From NCBI GenBank assembly GCA_965287045.1, contig OZ336884.1, forward strand, positions 50,034,001 through 50,098,000: a DNA stretch of 64,000 bases. The letters run 5' to 3'. This document shows, piece by piece, positions 39,536 to 51,688 of this stretch. The position numbers and the translations under genes were made by a program. Source of the stretch: Carcharhinus amblyrhynchos (taxonomy: Eukaryota). The notes under the pieces are model-generated. The model ran no database searches. It saw only the letters and a program-made list of their open reading frames with translations, and was not told the origin of the DNA. Position 1 is the stretch's first letter, and each line of letters starts with the position of its first letter.

Positions 39536-40401
39536 ATGCAAAGGACATGTTGTTGTTTCCTGTATTGACTAAAACTACTTTGCTGCATTGCTTACAATCC
39601 AGAGTGAAATGACACCTGGCCAGAAGCCCAGAAAACATACTAAACTTTATCTTTGGACTGACATCCTACTCGTTATCACAATGCAGGCATAACAGTAATC
39701 TTTTTTTCTGAGAAACTTTCTCTAGAGTATTTCTACAGAGCATGGGGAGGTCAGGCTGGAGTCGGGGTTGGGGGGTTGGGTTGGTGGTGCGTACAGCAGT
39801 AGGGAATAATAAGTGATAATTGAGGCAACAAAAGATTTCAAATTGGCATGTCGTGCCAGTTTGTCTGCCTGGATGATTTTTCTTGCCTCGCAGGGTCAGT
39901 TGTAGGGCATTTGGAATACCTTTTTGTGTATGCTAAATGATGTAAAACAGATTGTGCATACTTAATTCAAGTAAAAAAAAATGAACAATACAAATGCCTG
40001 ACAAGTAAAAAAAAAACTGCTGATGTATATCTGTTGGATAACCTAACATTACTAACTAAGGTCAGGATTTTGGCGACTGGAGCAGAAATTCTCGCGTGGT
40101 GTCCAAATTGCGTTTCATGCCAATGTAAAAGCGTGACACAATTATCCCTGCCCCCACCAGTGATGTAATACGTTTCCTGAGCTGCAACATCGAGAACATC
40201 GTTTCCACGTATTAGCATATTTTTATCAGACCTCGACGCCTGAATCATCCCCACTCCCATCCATTCACGTTGATGTTGGGGCAAAGGTGAGAAACATGAC
40301 TAGTCTGCCAAGGCGTGCACCTGGTGAGCAGACCTTGCAGAGGAGGACAACAACATGCAGAGCTCAGGGGAAGAGGGTGCCAGGAAGCAGAGGTAGCTTG
40401 T

Positions 40402-41734
40402 TGTGATATAAGTGTGTATTATTGGATGTTAGAAATAGGTTTATATTTAAGTGAATTTAATTTAATATATTTGCATGTGATAAGATGATAAAACTTTAGA
40501 TCAATCCATGTAAAACAAAGGTGTTTGTATTTATGGAAGTTTTGATATCAGTTCAAACTGTGTCTGCATTGTGCTGAGAGTTTATGATGTAAAAAGTAAA
40601 CATGAGCTTGGAGAAAGAATGAAATGTTGTTTAGTAACCAGGGGACACCTTAGGAAAGATAAACCTTGTGATTGTATTTAACTGAAGTTAAGAGCAGTTG
40701 GAGTTTAGCAATGAGAGAAAAGTAGCTCTTTCAGACCTCCGGAAAGCAAGAAAGCCATGCAATGGAGTAATTGGCAAGGAACCTAGTCCAGTAACTAACA
40801 GTTAAAATAGAAATTGCCATGAATCTTGAAGTAAGAAAGAAAAACAGGAACTAGAATTTGAGCAGGGTACTGTTAATTGACATTAAAGACAGAACTGGCA
40901 AATGCAGAGCTGATTAATTTGGTTAGAGAAAAGCCGGATGTCTGAAGAAACCATAAGTTATATATCCTTATTTCCAGTCTTTGAAACAATAGTATTCAGT
41001 TGGAGACTGACCACTTGATTGATTTGTGTAAAAGTTTGAAAGCTCATGGCTATTCAAGACAAAGGAATACTGAAAGGAGAGATGGAAATCCTGGATGTGG
41101 ATCCTTGCTAGAACCAGCTGAAGGAAAACGTTTGAAAGGAGTTTCTAAGGCATGTCTGTTCGAGAATGGAATTTGGAAACATTTATGTGGAAGCCAGAGT
41201 CCAGTGAGATCAATTGGCTCAGTGTAATTGTCATTTGGGGGCATTTGAGGAGAACTCCAGAGAAGCTCGATTGAGTAGCATCAACCACTTGGTTTCAGAG
41301 TGGGATTTTTCTGATCATATTTAGCCTGTTGGGTTACAAGATGTTTTACTGAAAACTTTGTAGCGTAAGATGTATTTCGTAATCTGTGTCATTCCTAAAA
41401 TCTGTGTACGTTTATGAAGCTAAGTGGAAGAAGGAATATTGTAATATAGCCAAGCCTTTCATGTTTGATATTTATATATCTCGATGATAAAATATAATTG
41501 CCAGTTCTGTGACTTATCCATGTTTTCTAAAAAAAAAGTTTTAGGGTGAGATTTTACAGCCTCGCTTGTCCCAAACATCCCACCCAAGATCAATGGATCT
41601 TCCTAAGTTCCACCCCTCGCCCACTCCGATTCCTGTGGCGGGCAAGCCGTTAAAATTCTGGCCATTGTCTTTTGAGCCAAAGTTCCATTCTGGGACCTTC
41701 TGATCATCAGTAAAATCAATAAGGGATTGTAACA
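40402..41734 (+). mobile_element. Probable solo LTR (Ty3/Gypsy type)
   Basis: Starts TGTGAT, ends GTAACA. Abrupt AT-rich composition inside GC-richer flanks. No TSD seen. Confidence 0.45.
41544..41663. mobile_element. ~120 bp MITE
   Basis: gggtgagattttac ... gttaaaattctggcc termini. Same family as 18317 and 53128. Confidence 0.7.
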
Positions 41735-43629
41735 AGGATCATGCCTGGGCACTACCTGCTCACTGCCTCTTGGCACTGTGCCAGTGGGTAATGCCCAGGA
41801 AGTGTCATAGGGCAATGCTGGGGGGCTGTGTGGGTGTGTGAGAATGCTGGGGGGGGGGGGGTGGAACTCCAATTAAACTTTTGTCAAAAAGAAAGAGCCT
41901 GCCCTGTCAACATGATGTTGTGGGATCCCCCACCCCCCAGCACCCCCATCTTGCTTTTTTTTTAGCAGAAAAAGCAACTTCAGTGTCACTTTTCTCACTC
42001 CCCTTTCCCTTTGCCAAGTTTAGGGAAAATTCTGCCTTAAGAAAAGATCAATTTTTCACAACTCGATTCAATCGACCGTGTTTAAAATGTGATGCTAAAC
42101 CAACAGATCTAGTTCAGTTATTCACAAACATGTTAGGTTTCAGGCATGGTAGGAAGGGAAGGGTGGAAATGGATAGAAACAGAGAAGAGCGCAGGACACG
42201 GAAGAGCACTGGGGGATGAAAGATAGGAACATTCTTGTAGCAGGAACAATGGACCAGAAATGTAGTAGTGATTACAGGGAAGTGGATGTCTACATTTCAA
42301 CTCGGGCATGACATTTTCCATGAAGACACTGCTAGGGTTGAGGGGTGAGGGGAGAACTATTGGACATTATTGTTCAACCAGATACTAGGAATTGTATTGA
42401 TTGAGAGAGTTATGGCTTGTGAGGGGATATGAGGTGGGGAAGCTATGAATTGAGGGCATTTGCCTGAGGCCATAGATTCAGAGCTGGACACTGATAAAAG
42501 AACCAAGGTTCAGCCAGTGTTTCCCAGATCCCTGAATGCGGATGATAAACAACGTACTCAGGTTATTTTACTGTTTTATTTCTGCTCAAGGTTGCGGAGA
42601 GAGATGTCTTTCTGATTCACTGAACGTTACTCAGCTTTAGATGACAGCAGCATTGGATCTGTGCGTTGATATATATTTCATTTCCAGTAGCTATCTGAAA
42701 GGTTTATTTTAACACAGTAGGAAATGTGCAAATCCAACAGAGCTTAGAGGGAGGAAGGATTGTGCTTACAATATTTAACATTTTACCAGTATATTCACTG
42801 GTATTGTGTGGGTCTGGGATATGGATTTGATAAATGTTTAACACGCTCAACATTGAAAAACTCTTTGAGTGCCACCTACAGGCACAATCGGTACTACAGT
42901 ATTACCAGGAAAACTGAGAACGGTTTTAATGAAACATGTTCGCTGTATTACATTTTTATCGCACATCAGAAATGTATGAAACTAAGACTAATTTATCAAT
43001 TCTTATGTTGTCAGAACGAAAAAAAAATTGCAAATACTGCAATCAAACAGTTAAGTAGCATTATTGTTCTGCAAAGCTACTGCTACATAATAAATTTAAC
43101 ATCCATGAATTTACAAGCGATTTTTATTTTCAGATTCTGCATCAGTGTAAAGGATAGCCTTCCTCTTCCCACCGCCCCCCCGCAATCATCAACGAAACGT
43201 GGAATTGTTTCTTGTTTTGTTCCACATTCTGACGCCACTGATGTACTTCCCCCATAGAAGACAAGTCTGAATTATTGACTCCTATTATCGTCACTGTACA
43301 ATCCACCGACGGGAAGTGTACACTTGAGAGACAGGACCCTCCACAATGCAGTACCCAACACTGAATCAGGGCAACCGCTCAACTGAAGACTGACAAATAT
43401 TCCCTCTACGGGGAATTGAAATTAAATGCCAGTTAACAATCAGATGTCAATTTATGATCCTCTTCTGGTCTGGAATTCAACTTGATGTCTGTTGCTTGTA
43501 TTATTTTACAACTGTGATCTGACCATTGATAAGACAAGTTTGAAAAAAAACCCTTCAAAATAAATACCGAACCCCCTCCCCATTTCTATGAGAAAAAATG
43601 AAAAATCAAGCGTTGTGCTGTTCAAGAAC

Positions 43630-44160
43630 ATCAATAACTTGAGTTTATATAAAACAATTTACATGAAAGCACATCCCAAAATACTTCACAGTAGCACAAC
43701 AAAATAGTGGGTGCTGAGTCAGTGGTAGATATTAGAGGGGTGATCAAATGCTCAGGTGGGTTTCAGGGGAGGTCTTAATGGGGGAGAAGGAGATAAAGGA
43801 ATGGGGTCATTTCGGGTGGAAGTTCTAGTGTGTGGTATTTAGGTGGCTGCAACTATTAATGTGGAAGAAAGGTATGGTAGGATGAGAGGTTGAAACCAAA
43901 TGAATGTAAACTGGTTTGATACCTATTTGGTATCAGTTACCAGTTGATGCTGGGATGTTATTATTGTGCTGGCTGAGGTCATACACATAGGAAGGGGCAA
44001 GGCACAACAATTGAGGAATTTGACAATATGGATGAGAATTTTGAATTAAATTCTGGTCTACCGACAGCTCAAATGTAGGTTAAGAGAGAAGGGAGACATG
44101 GTGAAGAATGGTATAGGGCAAGAGAATTTTAGATAAATTGAAGTTTACGAGGATGATGAA
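43630..44160 (-). mobile_element. Old L2 3' fragment
   Basis: caataacttgagtttatat..catcccaaaatacttcacag tail, similar to 44715-44800. Confidence 0.65.
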
Positions 44161-44714
44161 ATTCATTCCCTTTAGCTATGAAACTGCACTATGTAGTTCC
44201 AGTGTTTCAAGGTTGGTGTGAAATTCATCGCTTCACTGTTTGAGCTAAGATATTGTCTCATTTACTTTGAAAACTCTCTTTCCCTCTGCTAAGGTAACTC
44301 CACATTTCAGGACCTTGCGATCATCAGGACTTCCTTGCCTCTAATTGTCACAAAATGAGCCAAACTTTAAAGGCAGCACCTGATTTAGCACCTGGGTGTT
44401 CCTCATGTTTGAGTGGCAGAATTCAATGTGTTCGCCAAGGACAATGCTGGAGAAATGTGTCTGGGTATAAAGGAAGTTAGAAGGTTCTTGTGTGTTGAAC
44501 ACTTTGTGAGTTGAACTATTGATTTTATTCTCAAAGTGGGTAGTTTAGGGAGAATGTTTTTTTTTAGGTCACTTTTATAAATCTTTGCACACATTTATAT
44601 CTAACTATAATAGTAGTTTTGAAAAACAGGAAAATTAATATGTGCAACATGCATATTCCTCAATATTTGCCTTTTTTGAGGATCAGTCTGTTTTAGTCTC
44701 AGTGGCAGGTTAAC

Positions 44715-45265
44715 AGCAGCAACAAAACAACTTGTATTCATATTGCACCTTTAACATAGTTAATCATCCCAAGGCACTTCACAGAAGCGTGATCAAACAC
44801 AGCTAGACACTGAGCCATGTAACAAGATATCAGGGCAGATCAAAATAGACTGCTCAAAGAGGTTTGAAAGGGCATTTTAAAGGAGGAAAGAGAGCTGGAG
44901 AAGTTTAGGGAGTGAATTCCAGAGCTTGGGACCTAGCCATCTGAAGGCACAGCTGTCAATTTGGATCAATTCTGAAATGCACAAGAGGCCAGAATGAAAG
45001 TACAGTTACCTCAGAGGGTCATAGGACAAGAGTAAGTTACAGAGGTAGAGAGGGGTGAGGCCATGGAGGAATAAGAAAGCAAAGATGAAAATTTTAAAAT
45101 CCAGGCAGTGCAGACTGGAAACCAATGTATTCAGTGAGTACAGCTATGAAAGGTTAGGATATGTGCAGCAGAAGTTTGGATGAGCCTCATGTTTATGTGA
45201 GGCAGAAGATGGGAGGATGGCCAACGGTGTATTGGTGTGATGAAATCTTAAGGTAACAAATGTAG
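44715..45265 (-). mobile_element. L2 3' fragment
   Basis: caacaaaacaacttgtattcatattgcacctttaacatag..catcccaaggcacttcacag. Collinear with 6995-7570. Confidence 0.85.
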
Positions 45266-45525
45266 TGTTACCATTATTTTCAGGACAGTATGTTTACAGT
45301 ATTTGCAATGAGGATCTACTTGGATTAAATTTATGTCAATCATTAGCCATGTACAAAAACTGCCTAGTTTGGACATTAGTGATAGAAATATTCTCTCTAG
45401 CTTGACAAAGCATCAGATATCAAATTGCCACATTCGTCAACTAACTTTATAATTTGATTGCTTAAGTATGCTTTATTTTACATGAATCTGAAACAAAATA
45501 TAGACTGGTACAAGGGAGAATTAAA

Positions 45526-45865
45526 ATCATAGAATCCCTACAATGACAATATGGATGCAGAAGGAGACCATTCAGCCTTTTGAATCTGCACCAACACTCC
45601 TGACAGAGTGTCTTACCTGAGCTACCTCCCTCACCCTATCCCTGTATCCCCACAATTTACATGACTAGTCAATTTAACCTATATATCTTGGTACATTAAG
45701 GGGCAATTTGGCATGGCCAATCCACCTAACCTGCACATCTTTGGCTGTGGAAGGAAACTGGAGCACCCAAAAGAAACCCACGCAGACATGGGGAGAATGT
45801 GCCAACTCCACATAAACAGTGACCCACGTCTGGAATTCAACCTGGGTCTCTGCTGCTGTGAAGCA
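45526..45865 (-). mobile_element. HE1-like V-SINE, head truncated at the rearrangement junction
   Basis: atcatagaatccctaca tail and V core. Ends at gctgtgaagca, lacking the expected gcagtgctaaccactgtgcc. Confidence 0.88.
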
Positions 45866-46208
45866 TCAAAAGGATGGTGGACATTTGGAACTCTCTTCTG
45901 CAAATAGAAAATGCTACATAAATTGGTCACTCTAAAACAGAGATTCATACCTGAAGGTAGCAAGGGATTTGGGACAGAGGTGGGTATTTGGAATGAAATT
46001 GCAAATCAGCTATCTGACTGATCTGCAGGTCACACTGAACAGCGGATCTGGATCAAAGGTTTTAATGGCGATGAGGGATTTCTTTTTAAATCCAAGAATT
46101 TTCTGGCATTCAGAAAACATATCTGCTTGTTTGTTACAACTGTTATATCAGCTAATAATAAGTGAAACTTGGTTCTAAATTTTACTTTCCTTTCTGCTTC
46201 TAAAATCT
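45866..46208 (+). repeat. Left arm of a 343-bp inverted repeat (partner 47241-47583)
   Basis: Direct comparison shows about 9 substitutions by eye. Mirror ORFs MGQRWVF and MLPSGMNL appear on opposite strands in the ORF track. Confidence 0.97.
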
Positions 46209-46299
46209 CAGCCAATGGGTTAGACATCCAGTATTTTTCCTGTAGAGCTATGACTGCCTCAACTGCAACAGTCACTGCTTTGATTTTCTCTGACCTACT
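46206..46299 (+). repeat. First copy of a ~93-bp direct repeat (partner 47589-47680)
   Basis: tctcagccaatgggttagacatccagtattttt..agagctatgactgcctcaactgcaa..gtcactgctttgattttctctga.ctact in both copies. Confidence 0.95.
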
Positions 46300-47240
46300 T
46301 CACACAGAAGAAACTTCATTACTTCAACACTTAAAACCTCACCCTTAGCCACTCCAAGCTTCCACAAATCCCAGCAGCTTCTTATTCAGACTGAGCCAGC
46401 TGGTCAGTTGATCACCACATCATTTTTGTCATTGGTTACGTAGTTTACCAGGTTAGCTAACCCTTACAGATGTTACCATTGGTCACAGAACAACAGATCC
46501 AATGTTATCATTGGTTATCTTCTAACATCCATCTTGTACATCATGGGTAGAAACTCCCATCTTTTTTTCCTAAGTGTCAACTTCTGCCTGAAAACCAGCT
46601 CGTAGCTCTCTGGCTGGTCTCCAGACCTTGAGCCTTTCGGTAAAAAAATGAGTGGGTGGGGTGCACACAATGGAATGGGTATGGAAAAATTGGGAAACGT
46701 GATCTCTCTGGAGAGAATCACATTTCCTGATTCCGGATTTTCTGTCCATACTGGTGAACCCACTGATTGCTAACATGAGTTCAAATTCTCTCCAACTATG
46801 TTTGGAAGTTCAATCACTAACTTACCTCCTGAGCTGTGCAATTACTTTCATGAACTATATTCAAAATCACCCAAAATTATAGCTGCACCCTTACTCCTTT
46901 CAGGCTTTTGCAACTTATGGATTATGCAGCTTCCATCATTAAATGATTTATTTTCCATAGACCCACCAGAACTTGACCTTTTCCTGCAGTACATATTATT
47001 ACTGCTTTCTCTCCCACATTTTCTGTTTATCTTTGCAGAGTGCCGAATATAGATGTTCTCTCATAAACAATTGCTGGCAGTTTTGGAAACAATATCATGT
47101 TCACAACTGGTGACGTGGTTGAGTTACAGTTGTTCAGTTTGTTTTACCTAGAATACAGTTAAGAATGATTTAATTTTAAACTAAAGCATTCTATCAGTTA
47201 AAAACATGTCTGAGGGTGTTGCATTGGAGCTGTATTTTGT

Positions 47241-47583
47241 AGATTTTAGAAGCAGAAAGGAAAGTAAAATTTAGAACTAAGTTTCACTTATTATTAGCTG
47301 ATATAACAGTTGTAACAAATGAGGAGATATGTTTTCTGAATGCCAGAAAATTCTTGGATTTAAAAAGAAATCCCTCATCGCCATTAAAACCTTTGATCCA
47401 AATCCGCTGTTCAGTGTGACCTGCAGATCAGTCAGATAGTTGATTTGCAATCTCATTCTAAATACCCACCTCTGTCCCAAATCCCTTGCTACCTTCAGGT
47501 ATGAATCTCTGTTTTAGAGTGACCAATTTATGTAGCATTTTCTATTTGCAGAAGAGAGTTCCAAATGTCTACCATCCTTTTGA
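47241..47583 (-). repeat. Right arm of the 343-bp inverted repeat
   Basis: Reverse complement of 45866-46208. Confidence 0.97.
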
Positions 47584-47588
47584 CCATT

Positions 47589-47680
47589 TCTCAGCCAATG
47601 GGTTAGACATCCAGTATTTTTCTTGCAGAGCTATGACTGCCTCAACTGCAAGTCACTGCTTTGATTTTCTCTGATCTACT
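47589..47680 (+). repeat. Second copy of the ~93-bp direct repeat
   Basis: Matches 46206-46299 with a few substitutions and one 2-bp indel. Confidence 0.95.
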
Positions 47681-47949
47681 ACTGTAACTGACACTGGCAC
47701 TGATCTCATAAATTTCTAGACGTTGCACCCATATTTCACTAGCCTTATTGACGAATGCTAATGCAATGAACTGACCACCCTGCTTTAACTTACTGATTAT
47801 TTTATAACTGTCAAAAACTGTAACCATTTGTTATAAAGATCTCTCTTCATATAAATTACTGAAAGTGTCAGCATTTTCTTTTGTGTATTTTCCTTTGAGA
47901 ACAATGTTGAGCTCAGAGAAGGACATTGAACAAATTATTTAAATGTAGC

Positions 47950-48680
47950 GATATCCTCTGAGGAAACTGAATAAGTGAATCAGGCAGCCTGGGCAACTTC
48001 AAGAATGAAGTAAATAGATATTTGACAGATGTCAGGTTAGGAGACTAAATTTGGTGGCCTGATAAATCACAGTATTAAACTGTTATTCACCGAGGCAGTG
48101 AGTTACTTTAATGAGAAGCTCAATTCTGCATTCCTGTGTTACATCAGATCACAATGTAGATTGAGCTAAAGTCCTGCAGCCCATTTCATTACATAGTTCC
48201 AAAATATTAACCCTATCATCTCCCATATACAGCATCTAGCCTTTCCTTAATTCCATGCCTACATAATATTGTGTAGTTTCAATCCTCAGCAAGGATTAGA
48301 CATGGAAAGCTCAGCTCACGGTTGAAACTTCTGCCAAGATTGCAGAATAAGATTCAGCTTGCGACAGTGACCAGGGAGGGGATAAATTTAGCAGTCAGGT
48401 TATCCTGTTTGTGGTGAGCTAAAGACAATGGTGCAATGATTAGTTAGTGGAAGTTAAACTTTTCCAAAAATAGCATGGCATAGCAAAGAGGCAGTGGAGG
48501 GGTTGAAAAAGGCAAGGGAGAGGAGAAAAGTGTATGTGTGGAAGCTGACCCTATGTCTGTAGATAATATTGACAAAGGCCATTTTGCAGATGAGGAAGAG
48601 GAAAGAGTCTAGAGTAGATCTTTAGGGAATATGGAACGAGATGGTGTGAGATATGGGAAGAAGCCCCTTCCTGCAGCTAA
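47950..48680 (-). mobile_element. Old L2-like RT remnant
   Basis: tgtctgtagataatattgacaaagg..gatgaggaagaggaaagagtctagagtagatctttaggga is the reverse complement of a PQGSxLGP.LF..YADD-like region. Confidence 0.45.
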
Positions 48681-48764
48681 CTGTAAAATGTAACATTTGA
48701 TCATATTTTTCATTAAAAAGTACCAAACTATGATGACTGTAATGAGGCAATACTACATTGGCTA

Positions 48765-48960
48765 TGTCTCCATCTTTCAGATGAGATGTTGAAACAGCAC
48801 ACCACCTTCTTCCATGTGGAGAGGTAAAAGATCCCTTTGTTTTTGAAGAGGAGCAGAGGAGTTCTTCAAGTGTCCTAAAAACATCTGTCTTTTAAAAACT
48901 GATGTTTATTCTGTTGTTATTTGGGACCTTTCTGTGCAAAATCTGGCTTCTGCCTTTGTT
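48765..48960 (+). mobile_element. Deu-domain SINE fragment
   Basis: tctttcagatgagatgtt..gtaaaagatccc..ttgaagaggagcag..gtgtcct matches the reverse complement of 58260-58365. Confidence 0.65.
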
Positions 48961-48979
48961 TAGAAAATTCTACAAATAT

Positions 48980-49109
48980 GGCCAGAATTCTCAGACCTCA
49001 CCTGTGGCTGGGATTCTCTGGTCCTGCTGCAGTGAATGGTGTTTTGGTTTAGTGCTAGATTCTCAACTGGCAATGGTGGCAGGGTGAATGAGATTGGACA
49101 ATCCTGGCC
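48980..49109. mobile_element. 130 bp MITE with 3-bp TSD
   Basis: ggccagaatt ... aatcctggcc TIRs, flanked by tat on both sides. Confidence 0.75.
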
Positions 49110-49439
49110 TATATTTCAAAAATAAATCACTAGCTGCGAGGTGTAGTGGGATGGCTCGAGAATATGAAAAGTGCGATGCTATCTATGTTATTTCCTCTTC
49201 TTACTTAGAACGTAATGAACAGTATACACAGAATGGTGGAAAGTGTTGTCAACAGAGCTATCAAGTGACACTTCGATGTCCTATTTAGGTTCCGTCAGGA
49301 CCACTTTGCTCCAGACTTTATTCTAATTATTATCATCAGGTGAGGAGAAGGCAAATTGTTCCGCTCTGTTTCCTCTCTTTGTTTGAGCGAATGAGGATTT
49401 TCTCATTGAAAAGGTATACTTATCAATTTAGTGAGTTTA

Positions 49440-50420
49440 GTTTAACTGTTAGGTGCTTTGACCTAATATTCTGCAATGTTAAATCTGACAGGTTTTCTGG
49501 AGCTTTTAAGAAGAGGACCATTTTTATTGTACTTGGCCCAGTCTAAGTAAAATAGTAAATAAAACACAGTGACTGTCATGCACGAACATGCAATTAAGAG
49601 TCCAGTAGAAAAAAAAAGGTGTATGGCTGTTGAAGGTTGGTTAGTTTGCAGGTTTCAGGCTGAACTCCAAGGTCTTGCTGCTTTTGGCATTGAGGTGGTT
49701 TAAAGTTGTCAACTGATGATGTATCTGTTCTTCTGTGGACAAGAGCATTGGGTTGAATTCTTTGTAAAATCTCTGTTGGCAGCACCAAGATGGTCAAATC
49801 AGCAGATGGTTCAAAATAATTTGCAAGTTGGATAGAGAGAGGGAGAGAAAAGGTACTCACTCAAGGATTTGCTCTTTCCACATCTCAGTTGCTTGTACCA
49901 TTCTGCAGAGTAAGCAGGTGCTTAAAGCATGCAGAGGGTTGTTTTGTCATAAGATTCTCTTTCCAACTACACAGTGATTCAAATAAGATCATGGCTAATG
50001 TATTTCAATTGTAATTTGATTAGGTTGCTGCTGGGAATTGTTCACTTGGCCAGAGTCACATTGTCCAAGTCAGTATACCTAATGTACTCCAGTTTCCTTC
50101 CTCAGTCCAAAGATGCGCAAGTGAGGTGCATTGGCCTGGCTAAATTGCCCCTAAATGTCCCAAGACTTGTAGGTTAGATGGATTAGCTGTGGGAAATGTG
50201 TCGGGATATGGGAATAAGCAGGGTAGAGGACTTGGTTAAGATGCTGTGTCAGAGCAGCAGTGCAGAGTGGAGCTGAATGGACTCTTCTGGGCTGCAGGGA
50301 TCTATGATTCCAATAGATTATCTACCCTCAGGTGACTGTCTGGACATATTACTAAGGGAATAGGAGATGGTCCCCATTCATTCTCTTTCCAGGCCATTGT
50401 TACCAGCTTGCCTTTTCAGG
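49440..50420 (-). mobile_element. Old LINE RT remnant paralogous to 28335-29830
   Basis: Collinear similarity blocks. Interrupted by a partial V-SINE. Confidence 0.5.
50085..50310 (+). mobile_element. HE1-like V-SINE 3' part
   Basis: tactccagtttccttcctcagtccaaagatgcgc..gctaaattgcccct..gggatctatgattc. Confidence 0.8.
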
Positions 50421-50619
50421 TGTGATGTCGCCATGTCAGTGGTTTTTAGAATGTAAAAGGTACAGTAATGCAAATGTGCAGCCATATTTGATTGTGACTC
50501 CAGGTTACAAGGATGTGGCTTTAATATTTTGAAAATTCAATTAGGATTTACAGCCAGTAAATTCAAAAAAGTTTTTATCTATAAAGTATGGTGTAACAGC
50601 AACAAACTTGTACCAAATA

Positions 50620-51688
50620 AGTGATGCTTCACTGACATCAAGGCAGCATTTGACCATGTATGGCATTAAAGCGCCCGAACAAGATTGAGGTCAACAGCAA
50701 TCAGGAGGAATACTCTCCACTTGTTGGAGTCATACTTGGTACAAAGGAAAATGAATGTGGATATTGGAGGCCAATCACCTTGACTTCAGGACTTCAGTGG
50801 AGGCATTCCTAACGTCTAGGCCCAGCCATCTTCAGCTGCTTCAACAATGACCTTTCCTCCAACATAAAGTCAGAAGTGGGGATGTTCGCTGATGAGTGCA
50901 CATGATTCAGTACCATTCACAACTGCTCAGATTCTGTAGCAATCCACAAACAGCAGGATTTGGACAACATCCAGGCTGTTAATGATAGTTGGCAAGTAAC
51001 ATCTGCAACAAGAGATAACCTAACCATCTCTCCTTCACATTCAACAACATTGTCATCTTCAAATCATCACCTTTTGTCAACATCCTAGAGGTTACCATTG
51101 ACCAGAAACTTAACTGAACCAGCCATTTAAATACTGTGGTTTTAAGGGCTGGTAAGATGTTGGGAATCTTGTGCTGAATAATTCACCTCCTGACTCCCTA
51201 GTGTCTAAAAGGCACAAGTGAGGAGTATGATGGAATACTTGCCACTTGCCTGGATGAGTTCATCTCCAACAACACTGAAGCTTGCTCCCAGTCAAGATAA
51301 AGTAGTCCACTTGGTCAGAATCCCTCCCCCATCTTAAACATGAATTCCCTCCACCAGTGGTGCACTGTATTGGCAGAGTGTACTGTCTACAAATTGCTTT
51401 GCAACAGCTTACCAAGATTCCTTCGATTGTAGCTTCCGCGCTTAGGATGACCAATACCAGAAAAGACAAAGGCAGCGGATGTATGGGAAAACCAAATCTG
51501 CAAGACACCGTGTGGCAGTGTTAATGTCCTGCTCCTCCCTCTTGAACAGAATATACTTAACCATATGGTCTGCAATGATTCAAGAAAGTGGCTCACCACC
51601 CTCATCTGCTCAAGGGCAAGTAGGGATCGATATTAAATGCTAGCCTTGCCAGTCATGCTTACATCCCAACAATGAATGCACAAAAAAT
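50620..51688 (+). mobile_element. CR1/L2-group LINE, RT to 3' end
   Basis: DIKAAFDHVWH (gacatcaaggcagcatttgaccatgtatggcat), LGPAIFSCF.NDL, MFADE. Ends in catcccaacaatgaatgcacaaaaaa. Confidence 0.88.

Larger units (their letters stand above)
40060..42037. mobile_element. PIF/Harbinger-like non-autonomous DNA transposon hosting nested insertions
   Basis: Imperfect TIRs ggtcaggatttt (40060) and aaaattctgcct (ends 42037), with taa on both flanks (TAA TSD typical of PIF/Harbinger). Confidence 0.5.

Noticed and set aside
42760-43257. 165-aa ORF on +
   Set aside because: Non-ATG start and composition typical of AT-rich non-coding DNA.
45866-47583. Interpretation as a 1.7-kb DNA transposon with 343-bp TIRs
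   Set aside because: No TSD (gca versus cca flanks), no transposase trace, and the extra direct repeat B is not explained by that model. Not fully excluded without a copy-number search.
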